Below, piece by piece: positions 1-8,535 of a stretch of DNA of 32,000 nt. The stretch covers positions 960,001 to 992,000 of the forward strand of contig OY759724.1 in the NCBI GenBank assembly GCA_963662715.1. Reading direction: 5' to 3'. This DNA comes from Candidatus Omnitrophota bacterium (GTDB lineage: Bacteria; Omnitrophota; Gorgyraeia; Zapsychrales; JANLHA01). A model generated the notes under the pieces. The model did not search any database. It saw nothing but the letters and a program-made list of their open reading frames with translations, and was not told the DNA's origin. Within the stretch, counting starts at the first letter, position 1, and each line of letters starts with the position of its first letter. The position numbers were made by a program, and so were the translations under genes.

Positions 1-1118
1 CCCTCCAAGGCGGATGAACTGGTCACCATAATCGTCCGTTTGGGAAAATCCGGATTGCTGTACATGATGCCTGTCCGCAGATGCCGGAACGACTCGGTCA
101 CCAGGGATTGGGGGCTCTTGTCCGAAGCCAGCTCAGGGATCAGGCCGGCAGATACTTTTTTGTTTTTAAATTGCGGGATGGCCACAATAGACGACATGTT
201 GATCGTTTTTTCAAGGTCAGGCGCGGTCTTGATGGTCTGATCCAGCGACTCCAGGATGACAACCATAATCCCTCCGCCGAACAGGCCTAAAATAACGGCC
301 AGCGCCAGGTTCAGCATTTTCCTTGGCCGTACCGGTTTTTGCGGCACCGGGGCCAGGTCAATAATCTTGACATTCGTAATATTGCCGCTCCAGGAAGACA
401 GTCCTTCTCCGCCGGATTCGACCTGTTTCAGGCGGGCCCGTTCGCTTTCGATCTTTTCGTCAATAGCGGCAATTTCATTCTGCAGCCCCAGGATCACCGG
501 ATGTTTCTCTTTCAGATATTTTTCCCGCTGATAGAGATCAGTCTCCAATTCACTGCGCCGCTGGATCAGCTGATCGACGGAGGAAAACAGCACATACGCC
601 TGCGCCCAGGTATTGGCAATGCGGGCCGCCAGATCAGGGGCGGTGTCCTCGACATTCACGTCAATAATCTGCGTGTTGCGGACCGGGGAAATCTTGACGT
701 TCTCCAGTAATGCGTCTATGCGCTGGGATCTCGTCATGGCTTCCAGCTCTTCCTCGGGCTTTCCCCTCCGGGCCGGGGGCTCATACGCCCCAAGTTCCTT
801 AAAAACCATGTCGGCTAAAGACCGGCTTTTGAGGATTTCCACCTGCGAATTAAAAAAGTTGTTGGCATCGGTGTACTCCGGCAAAACAACGTCTTCCACT
901 TTCACGATTTTCGGGGGACGGCGGTCGACCAAAATCCGGCTCCTGGCCTGGTACACAGGCTGGACCGCGGAAGAATAAAACTGTGCCCCGGCCACAGCCA
1001 GGCAAAGCATCCCGACAAACAGATACCGGTGTTTAAAAAGTGTGCGAAAAATATCCCGCAGATCGATCTCAACAAAATCATCTTCCCGGCTGGGCATATG
1101 CATATTCATTTCCGACAT
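1..1118 (-). CDS. wzc: Polysaccharide co-polymerase / BY-kinase (Wzc/GumC-like), N-terminal part; the 3' end runs off the window
   Basis: Absent from the supplied ORF track because no stop lies inside the window. My own minus-strand translation from the ATG at 1116-1118 stays open to position 1: MSEMNMHMPSREDDFVEIDLRDIFRTLFKHRYLFVGMLCLAVAG... It has a TM helix, the Wzz-type motif NNFFNSQVEILKSRSLA, a coiled-coil stretch, a second TM (LNLALAVILGLFGGGIMVVI) and the lead-in to the kinase P-loop (RTIMVTSSSALEG-). The + strand ORFs at 40-978 are shadow ORFs of this gene. Confidence 0.8.
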   Translation of the reverse strand, partial: MSEMNMHMPSREDDFVEIDLRDIFRTLFKHRYLFVGMLCLAVAGAQFYSSAVQPVYQARSRILVDRRPPKIVKVEDVVLPEYTDANNFFNSQVEILKSRSLADMVFKELGAYEPPARRGKPEEELEAMTRSQRIDALLENVKISPVRNTQIIDVNVEDTAPDLAARIANTWAQAYVLFSSVDQLIQRRSELETDLYQREKYLKEKHPVILGLQNEIAAIDEKIESERARLKQVESGGEGLSSWSGNITNVKIIDLAPVPQKPVRPRKMLNLALAVILGLFGGGIMVVILESLDQTIKTAPDLEKTINMSSIVAIPQFKNKKVSAGLIPELASDKSPQSLVTESFRHLRTGIMYSNPDFPKRTIMVTSSSALE

Positions 1119-1129
1119 GATAAAACTCC

Positions 1130-1813
1130 TTAAAAAAGACTTTCGGGGACAATCACCAAATCTCCGGCGCGCAACACCAGATTGTCCTGTCCGAATCCGT
1201 CTTTGTTGATAATATCGTTCACCCGAACCAAAATCTCTTCCCGTCTGCCGTCAGAATGAGTGCGGATCACCTTGACCTTGTTGGGAGAGGCGATCTTGGT
1301 AAACCCTTCTGACAGCGCCACAAGCTCCAAAACCGTGAGCTGCCCTTTAAGCGGATAAGCCCCGGGCCGCTTGACTTCCCCCAAGATGGAAACCGTGCTG
1401 TATTCCTCGATAAAAACCGTCACCTGCGGGTTCACTAAATAGTCCCTGGACAACAGGAGGGTCAGTTTGTTCTGCAGGTTGGACACCGTCAGCCCCAGCA
1501 CATGCACGTCACCGAGCAGAGGAAAGGAGATCGTCCCCCGGGAGGAAACCCGGACTTTCTGGGATAACTGCTCCCCTTTGCCGTAATAAACATCGATCTG
1601 CAAAACATTCTCCGTGCCGATCTGATATTCAAAAACATCCCCGGGCCCCCGCTCAACGGCGGAAGCTGTCTCCGGAGGGCAGACGCCGCCGGCCGGTTGC
1701 GCGACAGTGTCTTGCGGAGGATTTCCCGATGCGGTCTGCACCCGCGTGCCTCCGCATCCGGTAAATGTCAGAAGAAACAAAATAACTGGCATCAAATAAA
1801 ATAATCTTTTCAT
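1130..1813 (-). CDS. wza: Polysaccharide export outer-membrane lipoprotein (Wza family, Poly_export + SLBB-like)
   Basis: Lipobox signal peptide MKRLFYLMPVILFLLTFTGCGG. Wza-like core: IGTENVLQIDVYYG...VRVSSRGTISFPLLGDVHVLGLTVSNLQNKL...YLVNPQVTVFIEEY. SLBB-like tail: VSILGEVKRPGAYPL...DGDLVIVPES. The stop lies 11 nt upstream of the wzc-like start. Confidence 0.8.
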   Translation of the reverse strand: MKRLFYLMPVILFLLTFTGCGGTRVQTASGNPPQDTVAQPAGGVCPPETASAVERGPGDVFEYQIGTENVLQIDVYYGKGEQLSQKVRVSSRGTISFPLLGDVHVLGLTVSNLQNKLTLLLSRDYLVNPQVTVFIEEYSTVSILGEVKRPGAYPLKGQLTVLELVALSEGFTKIASPNKVKVIRTHSDGRREEILVRVNDIINKDGFGQDNLVLRAGDLVIVPESLF

Positions 1814-1833
1814 GTCTTTCTCTGTCCTTTACA

Positions 1834-3051
1834 TTAAATTAAAAAATCAAACCGCAGGGAAATAATGTTGTCCTGATATTTTTCGCTGTCAATATTCGAC
1901 ACATTCTCTTTGTACTGATACCCCAGACTCACCCGCCCCCGGTTTAAAACAGTATAGCGCAGCATAATCCCTTCCGTGAAAACGGAATCCCGCCGCTCCG
2001 CATGAAAATCCGGATCCTCTTCCGGATATTCCCTCCGATCAAGCTGTGAAGTCAGCAAAAGACTGACATTATTCATAATCTGCTGCGTCACCTTTAAAAT
2101 AACAGAATTCAGGTCAAAATAATTATTGTTTGTCGAGATGGATTCAACGGCTGTATTGAAATAGTTTAACTCCAGTTTCGTGCGTTCGGACAAATCCGCC
2201 GTAATCCCGGCCTGAGAAACAAAACCTTCATATCCTTTGCGCCCGGCGATATCATAATCCCTCTTTTGATAGCCCAGCTTCACGACACCGTCTATCTTGC
2301 CGGTGAGGTCTGTCTTAAAGCCGCACCGCACCTGGTCATAATGGCCGCTGCGCGTTTCATCCTTGGTATAGTCTATAATCCCGTGATTATACTCCAGGAG
2401 GGGCTTGATCTTGGGGGAAACCTGATAAAAGACCGTTCCGGTAAAGATGTCTTCTCCGTAGACCAGGGCGTCGTACTGCTCTTCGTAATAATCTCTCAAA
2501 AAATGGGCATAAGCCGCTTCGTACGATAATTTGTTCATCTTCACGCCAAAAGCCGCCTGGCCCAGATTTTCATAACGGCGCACCTGATCGGTAAACTCGG
2601 TAGACGCCCGCTGGACAGTATCTCTAAAACCATTCTGGAGGTTAAAGTAGCCGAACGGGAAATTCAGGTTTAATTTCAGGGCCATATCCTGGTCCACATA
2701 ATTCTGGCTTTTATAGTCTGAAAATGCGGCGATGTCCGCGAGGTACATCATCTGAAAAAGATGGCGGTTATCGGAAAACGGCATATGAAAAATCAGGCGC
2801 GGGCTGGTGATGCTGAGGAGGTCTTGTTTCCGGTCTTCTTCTGTTAGAAAAATGTTGGTGTCGTACTGAACTTCCTGGGAGACAACGAGCTTCAAACTGG
2901 TCGTCTGTCCGAGAGATATCCCGTGCATATCTTCTGTTTCCCGCAGACTCTGACGGGCGCTTTCTTCCAGCAGAGACTGGGCGATGGCCCTTGGAGCTAT
3001 TGTTAAGACACACAGTAGAATACTGATAATTATTAATTTTCTAACATTCAT
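1834..3051 (-). CDS. Outer-membrane beta-barrel protein, first gene of the polysaccharide export operon
   Basis: Sec signal peptide MNVRKLIIISILLCVLTIAPRAIAQ. Alternating Y/F-rich beta-strand pattern throughout and an aromatic C-terminal strand (ISLRFDFLI). It sits directly upstream of the wza/wzc-like genes. The family assignment is inferred only. Confidence 0.55.
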   Translation of the reverse strand: MNVRKLIIISILLCVLTIAPRAIAQSLLEESARQSLRETEDMHGISLGQTTSLKLVVSQEVQYDTNIFLTEEDRKQDLLSITSPRLIFHMPFSDNRHLFQMMYLADIAAFSDYKSQNYVDQDMALKLNLNFPFGYFNLQNGFRDTVQRASTEFTDQVRRYENLGQAAFGVKMNKLSYEAAYAHFLRDYYEEQYDALVYGEDIFTGTVFYQVSPKIKPLLEYNHGIIDYTKDETRSGHYDQVRCGFKTDLTGKIDGVVKLGYQKRDYDIAGRKGYEGFVSQAGITADLSERTKLELNYFNTAVESISTNNNYFDLNSVILKVTQQIMNNVSLLLTSQLDRREYPEEDPDFHAERRDSVFTEGIMLRYTVLNRGRVSLGYQYKENVSNIDSEKYQDNIISLRFDFLI

Positions 3052-3353
3052 GATATATGATATGCGATATAAAAAATTTTTAAGCTGGTTCTTTAATCTA
3101 TACGGGATATAGGATTAGATATTTTTTTATCCTATTAGAATAAATATTTAATACAAAAGGCGTATTGTATATCCAATAAAGCGGTTTTGTCAAGCAATAT
3201 CCCGGCACTCACCCACACCAGGACACACTACCCCAGGATTTAGGCCAACAGGCGCGGAGCGGCTCAACCGGACCGGGCAGATTGCGACATCTTCGTGGAC
3301 ACCCTGAATAAAACGTGATATATTTTAGTGACTTAGGGAGATTCACGAAAAAA

Positions 3354-4529
3354 ATGCCCGTAAAATCCAAAAGAACAGCGCTATTCCTGCAGATAAGCCT
3401 TATCGTTTTGGGCCTCTCCTGCCCTGCCCCTGCCTCTACAGTCACCCTGGACCAGAAAAATCATCTTGTGGTCGACGGCGAGCCGTTTTTCCCGATCGGG
3501 ATGTATTCGGTGAAGCCTCCCACAGCTTTTGAGGAGCTGAAAAAGGCGGGATTCAACACCGTGCATTCGTATTCCATTGAACAGGAATACCTGCAGACTT
3601 ACTTAAACGAAGCAGAGAAGGAAGGGTTAAAGGCGGTTATCTTTCCGGGCACGAAAATTATGCTGGACGAATTCTACAGTATAGGCAAACTCATCCGGAG
3701 CGTGAAAAAATTTAAGGATTCCGGGGCCCTCCTCGTCTGGTATCTGCTGGACGAACCGGACCTGCGGAAGGTGCCCCCCTCCGAGGTTGAGAGGATGTAT
3801 GAAAAAATAAAAGCGGAAGACCCTCATCATCCAACCGGATTTGTCCTGGCCCGGACCAATAGGTTGGGACATTATGCGCCCTACACGGATATTGTCATGG
3901 TGGATCCGTTTCCGGTGCCGAGCGCGCCCTTAACCCGTGTTTCGGATGTTATCAGCAAAGCCCGGGCCGCGGTCGAGGACAAGAAACCGGTCTGGGCGGT
4001 GCTGCAGGCTTTCGGATATCAGGACGGCGCGCACCGGGGATGGGGGGCGGACCGGGAGCCGACCTGGGCCGAAGCACGGTGCATGACCTACCTTGCCATC
4101 GTGCACGGGGCTAAAGGGATTTTCTATTATGTCTATCACGGCAGCCAATATGATATTCAGTTGTCTCCGGGACATTGGCAAAACATTAAAAAGATCGCCG
4201 GGGAACTAGAGACCTTAACCCCGGTCCTGCTCGCCCCGGTCAACCCGGAGAAAATAGGCATGACAATTCTTGATGCGCCCGGAAAAGACATCAACGGGGA
4301 CCCGGCGGTTCATTTTATAATTAAAAAATACGGCGGGAAAAAATATCTGATTGCGGTGAATGTGATAAAGGAATCATTGAACGTGACGTTCAGTGATTTT
4401 GCAACGGATGCCGACAGCCTTCAGGTGCTTTTTGAAGACCGGGCCGTAGATGTTATTGAAGGTTCCTTTACCGATACCTTTGCCCCTTATGAAGTGCATA
4501 TTTATACCGCTAAACCATACACACGATGA
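3354..4529 (+). CDS. Secreted TIM-barrel glycosidase-like protein (family unassigned)
   Basis: Track ORF is 3315-4529. I prefer the ATG at 3354 because it yields a signal peptide (MPVKSKRTALFLQISLIVLGLSCPAPAST). Glycosidase-like layout: VVDGEPFFPIGMY, GFNTVHSY, WYLLDEPD (NEP/DEP-type acid-base position). It is divergent from the EPS export operon. Confidence 0.5.
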   Translation: MPVKSKRTALFLQISLIVLGLSCPAPASTVTLDQKNHLVVDGEPFFPIGMYSVKPPTAFEELKKAGFNTVHSYSIEQEYLQTYLNEAEKEGLKAVIFPGTKIMLDEFYSIGKLIRSVKKFKDSGALLVWYLLDEPDLRKVPPSEVERMYEKIKAEDPHHPTGFVLARTNRLGHYAPYTDIVMVDPFPVPSAPLTRVSDVISKARAAVEDKKPVWAVLQAFGYQDGAHRGWGADREPTWAEARCMTYLAIVHGAKGIFYYVYHGSQYDIQLSPGHWQNIKKIAGELETLTPVLLAPVNPEKIGMTILDAPGKDINGDPAVHFIIKKYGGKKYLIAVNVIKESLNVTFSDFATDADSLQVLFEDRAVDVIEGSFTDTFAPYEVHIYTAKPYTR

Positions 4530-4542
4530 AAGGCCTCCGGCA

Positions 4543-4597
4543 GGGACACTTCTCTCAGAACCTGATTAAATTCAACAAGATAGAGGGACCCGGTCCC
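4543..4597 (+). repeat. Solo copy of the 55-nt composite repeat (GGGACACTTCTC, 30-nt spacer, GGGACCCGGTCCC)
   Basis: GGGACACTTCTC at 4543-4554, a 30-nt spacer, and the 13-nt palindrome GGGACCCGGTCCC at 4585-4597. The architecture and spacing match the two ends of the transposase cassette at 19252-19991. By hand alignment the spacer matches the reverse complement of the left-end spacer at 22 of 30 positions. Confidence 0.8.
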
Positions 4598-5547
4598 TAT
4601 AATTCGGACAGATGTTTGATGCGCTTGAGCATATTCGGGTGCGTGCTCAGCATCTCCATGAATTTCTCGCTGGCCGACAGCTCAACACTCTTCCCCCTCA
4701 AAACCGCCAATTCATCCGGATCAATCGTCCCGCTCCTGTCCAAATCCAGTTCGCTCAGCTCCCGGATCTCATTCATGGCCCGGGAAGGATCGTTCACAAA
4801 AAACGCCTTAAACCCCTCGGCTTCTTTAATCGCCTGCTTACCGATACGGGCGGAACCGTAAACAAGTTTATAAAGCGCCGTGGCCATGGCCTCCGGACGG
4901 TTCCCCAGGGCGATCGACCCGCGGTCGGCAAAGTATTCCCGGATACGCGAAGCATAAAGTACCAGGAGATTTGTTATGAAGTAAAAAGCCAGGGCCGCCA
5001 GCCCCACCAGAGCGGCGTTGCCGCGGTCTCTCCTTCCTCCTCCGAAAAAAAGGAAGTGCCAAGCCAGCCGGTACATGATCATCGGGATAACGGATAAAAG
5101 GGTAATGGTCAGGACGTCCCTGTTCTTAAGATGGCTCACTTCATGGCCGATCACCGCCTGCAGTTCTTCCTCGTTCAGCAGACGCATAATGCCTTCGGTC
5201 ACGCATACCCGTCCGTCGTTGCGGCCGCGGCCGAAAGCAAAAGCGTTGGGGATATCGACCTGAGACACGCAAACCCGCGGCATGGGGATTTCCGCTTTCT
5301 GCGCCATGTCCCTGACCATGGCATACAAACGGGGGTACTCATGCTCCTCAACATACCGCACCTGCATCGACCATTCGACGATTTTAGGCCCGAGGAGATA
5401 TTGGATATACATTAAAACCAGAGAAAAGACAAAGTAGAGATAAAAACTGTTCATCCCCATTGTGGTGCCGATCACAACGATAACCGCATAGACAATGGAG
5501 AACAACACAGCCAGCAGCAGATACATTCTCATTTGCAGGAAAAACAT
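4597..5547 (-). CDS. htpX: M48-family zinc metalloprotease HtpX homolog with an EF-hand-like insert
   Basis: N-terminal TM helices, HEVSHL zinc motif, SRIREYFAD third-ligand region and C-terminal STHPNMLKRIKHL. GGAGG lies 5 nt upstream of the ATG. Confidence 0.85.
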   Translation of the reverse strand: MFFLQMRMYLLLAVLFSIVYAVIVVIGTTMGMNSFYLYFVFSLVLMYIQYLLGPKIVEWSMQVRYVEEHEYPRLYAMVRDMAQKAEIPMPRVCVSQVDIPNAFAFGRGRNDGRVCVTEGIMRLLNEEELQAVIGHEVSHLKNRDVLTITLLSVIPMIMYRLAWHFLFFGGGRRDRGNAALVGLAALAFYFITNLLVLYASRIREYFADRGSIALGNRPEAMATALYKLVYGSARIGKQAIKEAEGFKAFFVNDPSRAMNEIRELSELDLDRSGTIDPDELAVLRGKSVELSASEKFMEMLSTHPNMLKRIKHLSEL

Positions 5548-5659
5548 GAAATCCTCCCTCCCTTCAAAAATAGGAATATCTTTTAAACCATCACGGGCAT
5601 GACCGCCCGGGTTATCGCATGATTCATTTAAGAGTGAATGTCTTACCGCATTAAAACGG

Positions 5660-6739
5660 CTATTTATGATACCGCTTCAAGCCCTTCAGTTCCAAGTCAA
5701 ACTCATCCCTGCTGTCGGCAAAGAGACGGGCAATATCTTCTTCCACATATTCTTCTTTGACCAGATGAACAAGGGACTTTTTGAAAGACTGCATTCCGTA
5801 TAAATCCCCTTCATCGATAAACGACTGGATCTCGTTGACTTTGCCTTCCCGGATAAGCCGGGAGATCGTCGGTGTGACGACCATGGTTTCAAAAGCGGGC
5901 ACACGGCCGCTGCCGTCTTTCAGCGGGATAAGACGCAGGGAAACAACGCCTTTTAAGATGACAGAAAGCTGCATACGGATCTCTTCGTGCAGATACGGCG
6001 GAAAAAAGTTAACGATACGGGTCACGGCCTGCACAGCGTTGACCGTATGAAAGGTCGTTAAAACAAAACTCCCCAACTCCGTCGCGGTGATCGCGGCGCG
6101 CATGGTGTCCACGTCGCGCACCGTTCCGATATAAATGATATCAGCGCTTTGCTGGGTGACGTGCTTAAGCGCGGCCGGGTAAGAATGCACGTCAACGCCC
6201 AGTTCGCGCTGATTGATCGTGCTTTTTTTGTCCTTGAAAATAAACTCGATCGGGTCTTCAATGGTCACGATATGTTTTTCACTGTTATTATTGATATAAT
6301 CGATCATGCTGGCAATGGTCGTGGACTTGCCGCTGCCGGCCGGCCCGGACAGGATCACGAGCCCGGAGGATTCTTTACAAAAATTTTCCAGCAGGTCGAC
6401 CGGTAATTTCAGGTCTTCGAAAGATTCAACGCTGGTTTTAATATGCCGCGCCACAAGAGCCGGGTCGCCGCGGTCCACCGAAAGGTTGATACGGAAACGG
6501 CCGACATCCGGTTCGTTATAAATGAAATCGATATCCTTATTAAAATGAAACAGCTTCTTCCTTTCTTCGTTGCCTAATACCGTCGTCGCGATCTGATTCA
6601 TCTGCTCCTGATCGATCATCTCTTCGGAAATGACCTTAACGACCCCGTTGATTCTGGCCCGCGGAAGGGAATTGGCGCCCAGGAACAAATCTGATGCTTT
6701 TTTATCGACCACGGTTTGGAATAACTGTTTAATATCCAT
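5660..6739 (-). CDS. pilT: PilT-family (type IV pilus retraction-type) hexameric ATPase homolog, divergent catalytic motifs
   Basis: Walker A GPAGSGKSTT, Asp box TIEDPIEF and a PilT-type ISRLIREGK motif. The length (359 aa) is typical. The Walker B region reads DIIYIGTVRD instead of the usual ..VGE(M/I)RD. Confidence 0.75.
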   Translation of the reverse strand: MDIKQLFQTVVDKKASDLFLGANSLPRARINGVVKVISEEMIDQEQMNQIATTVLGNEERKKLFHFNKDIDFIYNEPDVGRFRINLSVDRGDPALVARHIKTSVESFEDLKLPVDLLENFCKESSGLVILSGPAGSGKSTTIASMIDYINNNSEKHIVTIEDPIEFIFKDKKSTINQRELGVDVHSYPAALKHVTQQSADIIYIGTVRDVDTMRAAITATELGSFVLTTFHTVNAVQAVTRIVNFFPPYLHEEIRMQLSVILKGVVSLRLIPLKDGSGRVPAFETMVVTPTISRLIREGKVNEIQSFIDEGDLYGMQSFKKSLVHLVKEEYVEEDIARLFADSRDEFDLELKGLKRYHK

Positions 6740-6797
6740 GCTCTGCTCTCTTTCTTTAAAATCTTTAGCGTTTGCCTTTTTTCCTTAAGAACACTCT

Positions 6798-6825
6798 ATT
6801 TTACAACCGGATTGACAAGTTGCAA
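6798..6825 (-). promoter_or_regulatory. Candidate sigma70 promoter for the pilT-like gene
   Basis: On the minus strand: TTGCAA (6820-6825), a 16-nt spacer, TAAAAT (6798-6803). It lies about 60 nt upstream of the ATG at 6739. Confidence 0.4.
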
Positions 6826-6871
6826 ACAATTTATAGGGACACTTGCGCGGGCCTGATTCCCCGTGACCCGC

Positions 6872-7174
6872 TTACCCCTTCTTCATGCGGGCTGCGATCT
6901 CTTTTTCCAGGGCCAGCAGCCGCCCCTTTTTAGGGTCCTGCTTGCCCCCGTAACCGCCCAGGTCCCCGTTCGATCTGATCACCCTGTGACAGGGGATAAT
7001 CAACGGGTAAGGGTTTTTCCTTAACGCCTGGCCGACGGCCCGCACAGCCTGCGGCCGGCCGATCTTCTCCGCCACCCATTTATAAGACCGGGTCTGTCCG
7101 ATCGGGATCGACAAAGTGGCTTTTAACACCGCCCATTCGAAATCTGTTAATTGATCAGCGCTTTTTTTATTCAT
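6872..7174 (-). CDS. ogt: Methylated-DNA-protein-cysteine methyltransferase, single-domain (MGMT/Ogt DNA-binding domain)
   Basis: Active-site motif IIPCHRVIRSNGDLGGYGG and helix-turn-helix region RSYKWVAEKIGRPQAVRAVGQALRKNP. At 100 aa it has only the C-terminal catalytic domain. Confidence 0.85.
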   Translation of the reverse strand: MNKKSADQLTDFEWAVLKATLSIPIGQTRSYKWVAEKIGRPQAVRAVGQALRKNPYPLIIPCHRVIRSNGDLGGYGGKQDPKKGRLLALEKEIAARMKKG

Positions 7175-7236
7175 GACTTTATTCCCTTATTCCCGGATGA
7201 AGGCCATAAAACAATGGCTCAAAGACGCCGGACATG

Positions 7237-8490
7237 TCAGCTTTTCTTCTCCCGGCTCCGGGTAAAAACCTCCCGGCTCCTTAATTTTCTGTGATAGGTG
7301 ACGGCAAACCGGTGCGCTTCATCGCGGATACGCTGCAATAACTGCAGTCCCAGAGAATCCTTGGGAAGGATAACAGCTTTTCTTTTGCCTGGCAAGAATA
7401 TTTCCTCCTCCCTTTTCGCCAGAGACACCAGGGGGATATCGCATTCAAGCAGCAAAAGCTCTTTTTGAGCGGCGGCAAGCTGGCCTTTGCCTCCGTCAAT
7501 CAGAATCAGGTCGGGGAACAGCAAGCCCTCTTTTTTCAGCCGGCTGTAACGGCGCCGCACCACCTCGGCGATCATTTTGAAGTCATCTATCCCTTCCACA
7601 TCTTTAATGCGGAACCTGCGGTAATTGTTCTTGTCCGGTTTCCCGTTTAAAAACGACACCATCGACCCCACGCTTTGCCGCCCCATGATATTCGAAATAT
7701 CAAAAGCCTCTATACGGTCCGGCCGCCGCGGCAGGCCGAGCACCCGCTGCAGCTGTTCGGCTTCCTTATAAAAATTCAGCTCTTTTGTCCCTGAATACAG
7801 GGCTCCGAGGGCATAAAGCTGGTCCCTCACCCGGGCCGCCTCTTCAAAGCGGCGGGCTTTTGCCAGTTTCTCCATATCACGCTGCAGGTTGCGGAACAGC
7901 CGGTCTTTCTTCCCCTCCAGGATAAGGCAGACATGGCGGATAATTTTCGCGTACTCCTTTTGCTGAATAGCCCCGCTGCACGGCCCGTCACAAAGCCCGA
8001 TATGATAATCCAGACAGGGTTTCTCCGGGAGCGGGTCACACGTGCGGAAATGAAAAATTTTACGGATAAATGTCAGGGCTTCCCGGATCAGTCTGGGATT
8101 AACATACGGGCCGTAATATTTCGAGGTCTTTTTCCTGATCCGGGGACGCACCACGTAAACGGCAGGGAACTTCTCTCCGGTCACTTCTATGAGGGGATAC
8201 GTCTTGTCGTCCCGCAAATCCACATTATACTTCGGCTGGTATTTCTTAATGAGGCTGGCTTCCAGGATGAGGGCTTCCGCCTCGGATGACGTAAGGATAT
8301 AATCTAGGTCGGCGATCTCAGCGACTAAGTAGCCGACTTTGGACAGCCCCGTGTTTTTCCGGAAATAGGACTGCACCCTTTTCCGCAAACACACCGCCTT
8401 CCCCGCATAGATCACTTTCCCCCACCGGTCTTTCATAAGATAGACGCCGCTTGATAAAGGAAGGTTGTGAATTTTTTCTTTTAGGGACAT
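7237..8490 (-). CDS. uvrC: Excinuclease ABC subunit C, short form lacking the C-terminal (HhH)2 domain
   Basis: GIY-YIG N-terminus (SGVYLMKDRWGKVIYAGKAVCLRKRVQSYF), UVR domain (FEEAARVRDQLYAL) and RNase H-like endonuclease region (IEAFDISN...RIRDEAHRFAVTYHR). The ORF stops about 15 aa after this, at 417 aa. Confidence 0.85.
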   Translation of the reverse strand: MSLKEKIHNLPLSSGVYLMKDRWGKVIYAGKAVCLRKRVQSYFRKNTGLSKVGYLVAEIADLDYILTSSEAEALILEASLIKKYQPKYNVDLRDDKTYPLIEVTGEKFPAVYVVRPRIRKKTSKYYGPYVNPRLIREALTFIRKIFHFRTCDPLPEKPCLDYHIGLCDGPCSGAIQQKEYAKIIRHVCLILEGKKDRLFRNLQRDMEKLAKARRFEEAARVRDQLYALGALYSGTKELNFYKEAEQLQRVLGLPRRPDRIEAFDISNIMGRQSVGSMVSFLNGKPDKNNYRRFRIKDVEGIDDFKMIAEVVRRRYSRLKKEGLLFPDLILIDGGKGQLAAAQKELLLLECDIPLVSLAKREEEIFLPGKRKAVILPKDSLGLQLLQRIRDEAHRFAVTYHRKLRSREVFTRSREKKS

Positions 8491-8535
8491 GATGTCGTTC
8501 AGGGCCGCTTGACCGCAAGGATTCCCGCCTCCCTG

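Noticed and set aside
40-978. Five overlapping + strand ORFs of 66-123 aa at the left edge
   Set aside because: They are low-complexity, Arg/Gly/Ser-rich shadow ORFs lying antisense to a continuous, motif-rich Wzc-like reading frame on the minus strand. That frame is open from 1118 to the window edge.
6836-6844. GGGACACTT upstream of the pilT-like gene, considered as a possible fourth copy of the 55-nt repeat
   Set aside because: Only 9 nt of the inner motif match. No GGGACC(C/G)GGTCCC palindrome lies 30 nt away and there is no spacer similarity. A 9-mer match is compatible with chance in 64 kb of two-strand sequence.
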